DNA of 37,333 bases from Oryzihumus sp. (GTDB lineage: Bacteria; Actinomycetota; Actinomycetes; Actinomycetales; Dermatophilaceae). The translations under genes were made by a program, and so were the position numbers. Below the pieces are notes generated by a model. It saw only the letters and a list, made by a program, of their open reading frames with translations, was not told the origin of the DNA and did no database searches. Shown here piece by piece: positions 36,650 to 37,333 of the stretch; positions within the stretch are counted from its first letter, which is position 1, and every line of letters begins with the position of its first letter. The stretch spans positions 1 to 37,333 of the forward strand of contig DASSPC010000157.1 in the NCBI GenBank assembly GCA_035699865.1. Direction: 5' to 3'.

Positions 36650-36869
36650 CGGCGTTCCCCCCTGTACCAACCCCCTGCGGCGCCACCTGCGCCGACACGG
36701 ATGTTAGGGCACGGGACTATGAACCGTGCTCGTTTCGCATGCTCCCGGCAGCGCCAACGACAGCCCGTTCATCAAGTGAGGGCGTCGCCGACCGTTGCTT
36801 ACGGTCAGCCCGCGCGGCCGGACGGCTCTTTGGCACACTCCAGGGGTTTCGCCAAGCTCGCGCAAGTCC

Positions 36870-37078
36870 TTGGACGGCTCGACAACCTCGACCATGGCTC
36901 CGCCCCTCACAAGAGGCAATGTCGCACGTCCCGTGCCCGCTCCGACTTCGAGCACACGGCCGTCTAGGCGCGCACCGGCGGCTGTGCGGATGTCGTCGAA
37001 CAGTTGAGTCGGGAAATCCGGCCGCAGACGCTCGTAGTCATCGGCGCCATGCTCGAACGACCTTGCCCTCTTCATCAT
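36870..37078 (-). pseudogene. Truncated class I SAM-dependent methyltransferase
   Basis: RARSFEHGADDYERLRPDFP...VLEVGAGTGRAT...VEVVEPS (motifs I-II), then the sequence stops resembling a methyltransferase. Confidence 0.7.
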
Positions 37079-37213
37079 GTCGATGGCGTCCACGTGCGCA
37101 ACGTACTCCGCGCGCCGGACATGGCAGGCCGATTCCCGTCCACGTCACCGCTCACACTCGGCTCCGCCGCCATCGTTGTGTGCTGTGGGCCCGCCTGCGT
37201 TCCGCGACGGCTG

Positions 37214-37250
37214 AACGCACTCATCTGCCGCGGATCGGTGCAAGTGTCAG
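37214..37250 (+). repeat. Cassette-boundary-like repeat R5 (partial)
   Basis: aacgcactcatctgccgcggatcggtgcaagtg, directly after a TGA triplet at 37212-37214. Confidence 0.65.
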
Positions 37251-37333
37251 GCGGGGTGCCGGACCGCGTGGCGGACGTAGACCACCCCGTTGTCGAATCG
37301 TCGGTGGTCAAGCAGCTCGAGGTCGAGTCGTAC

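Noticed and set aside
36820-36880. 9-bp direct repeat GGACGGCTC flanking 43 bp at the methyltransferase break, as a possible target-site duplication
   Set aside because: Removing the insert does not restore a methyltransferase frame (stop follows within a few codons) and no terminal inverted repeats are evident; may be chance.
37075-37311. 78-aa minus-strand ORF
   Set aside because: Overlaps repeat R5, has no motif and weak codon bias.

Overview
High-GC actinobacterial DNA (gene content and style suggest a Micrococcales/Intrasporangiaceae-like host; this is inference). Bases 1-772 are core genome on the minus strand: tRNA-Thr(GGT), tRNA-Met(CAT), rpmG and the start of a HadA/MaoC-like dehydratase. 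The rest looks accessory. It holds a secreted beta-helix protein and a MerR/beta-clamp-like fusion regulator with its MFS exporter. A ~15 kb minus-strand copper operon encodes a 1795-aa secreted scaffold-like protein, three paralogous two-domain cupredoxin/multicopper-oxidase (MCO) proteins, a small membrane protein, a CopC-CopD fusion and a lytic transglycosylase, divergent from an OmpR-type two-component system. Further right are MarR/MFS and LysR/EamA pairs, a GH27 isomalto-dextranase, a zone of gene remnants, a run of co-oriented small genes separated by a conserved repeat, and a large secreted Fn3/beta-propeller protein. Best candidates for something new: (1) the three MCO paralogs carry strictly complementary copper-ligand sets, suggesting a heterotrimeric split MCO with one inter-subunit trinuclear site; (2) a cassette-like array with a repeat just after stop codons (30.7-37.3 kb); (3) an over-represented octamer CGGCATAC, found even where it needs rare codons. 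All family calls come from motif recognition by eye, not database searches.
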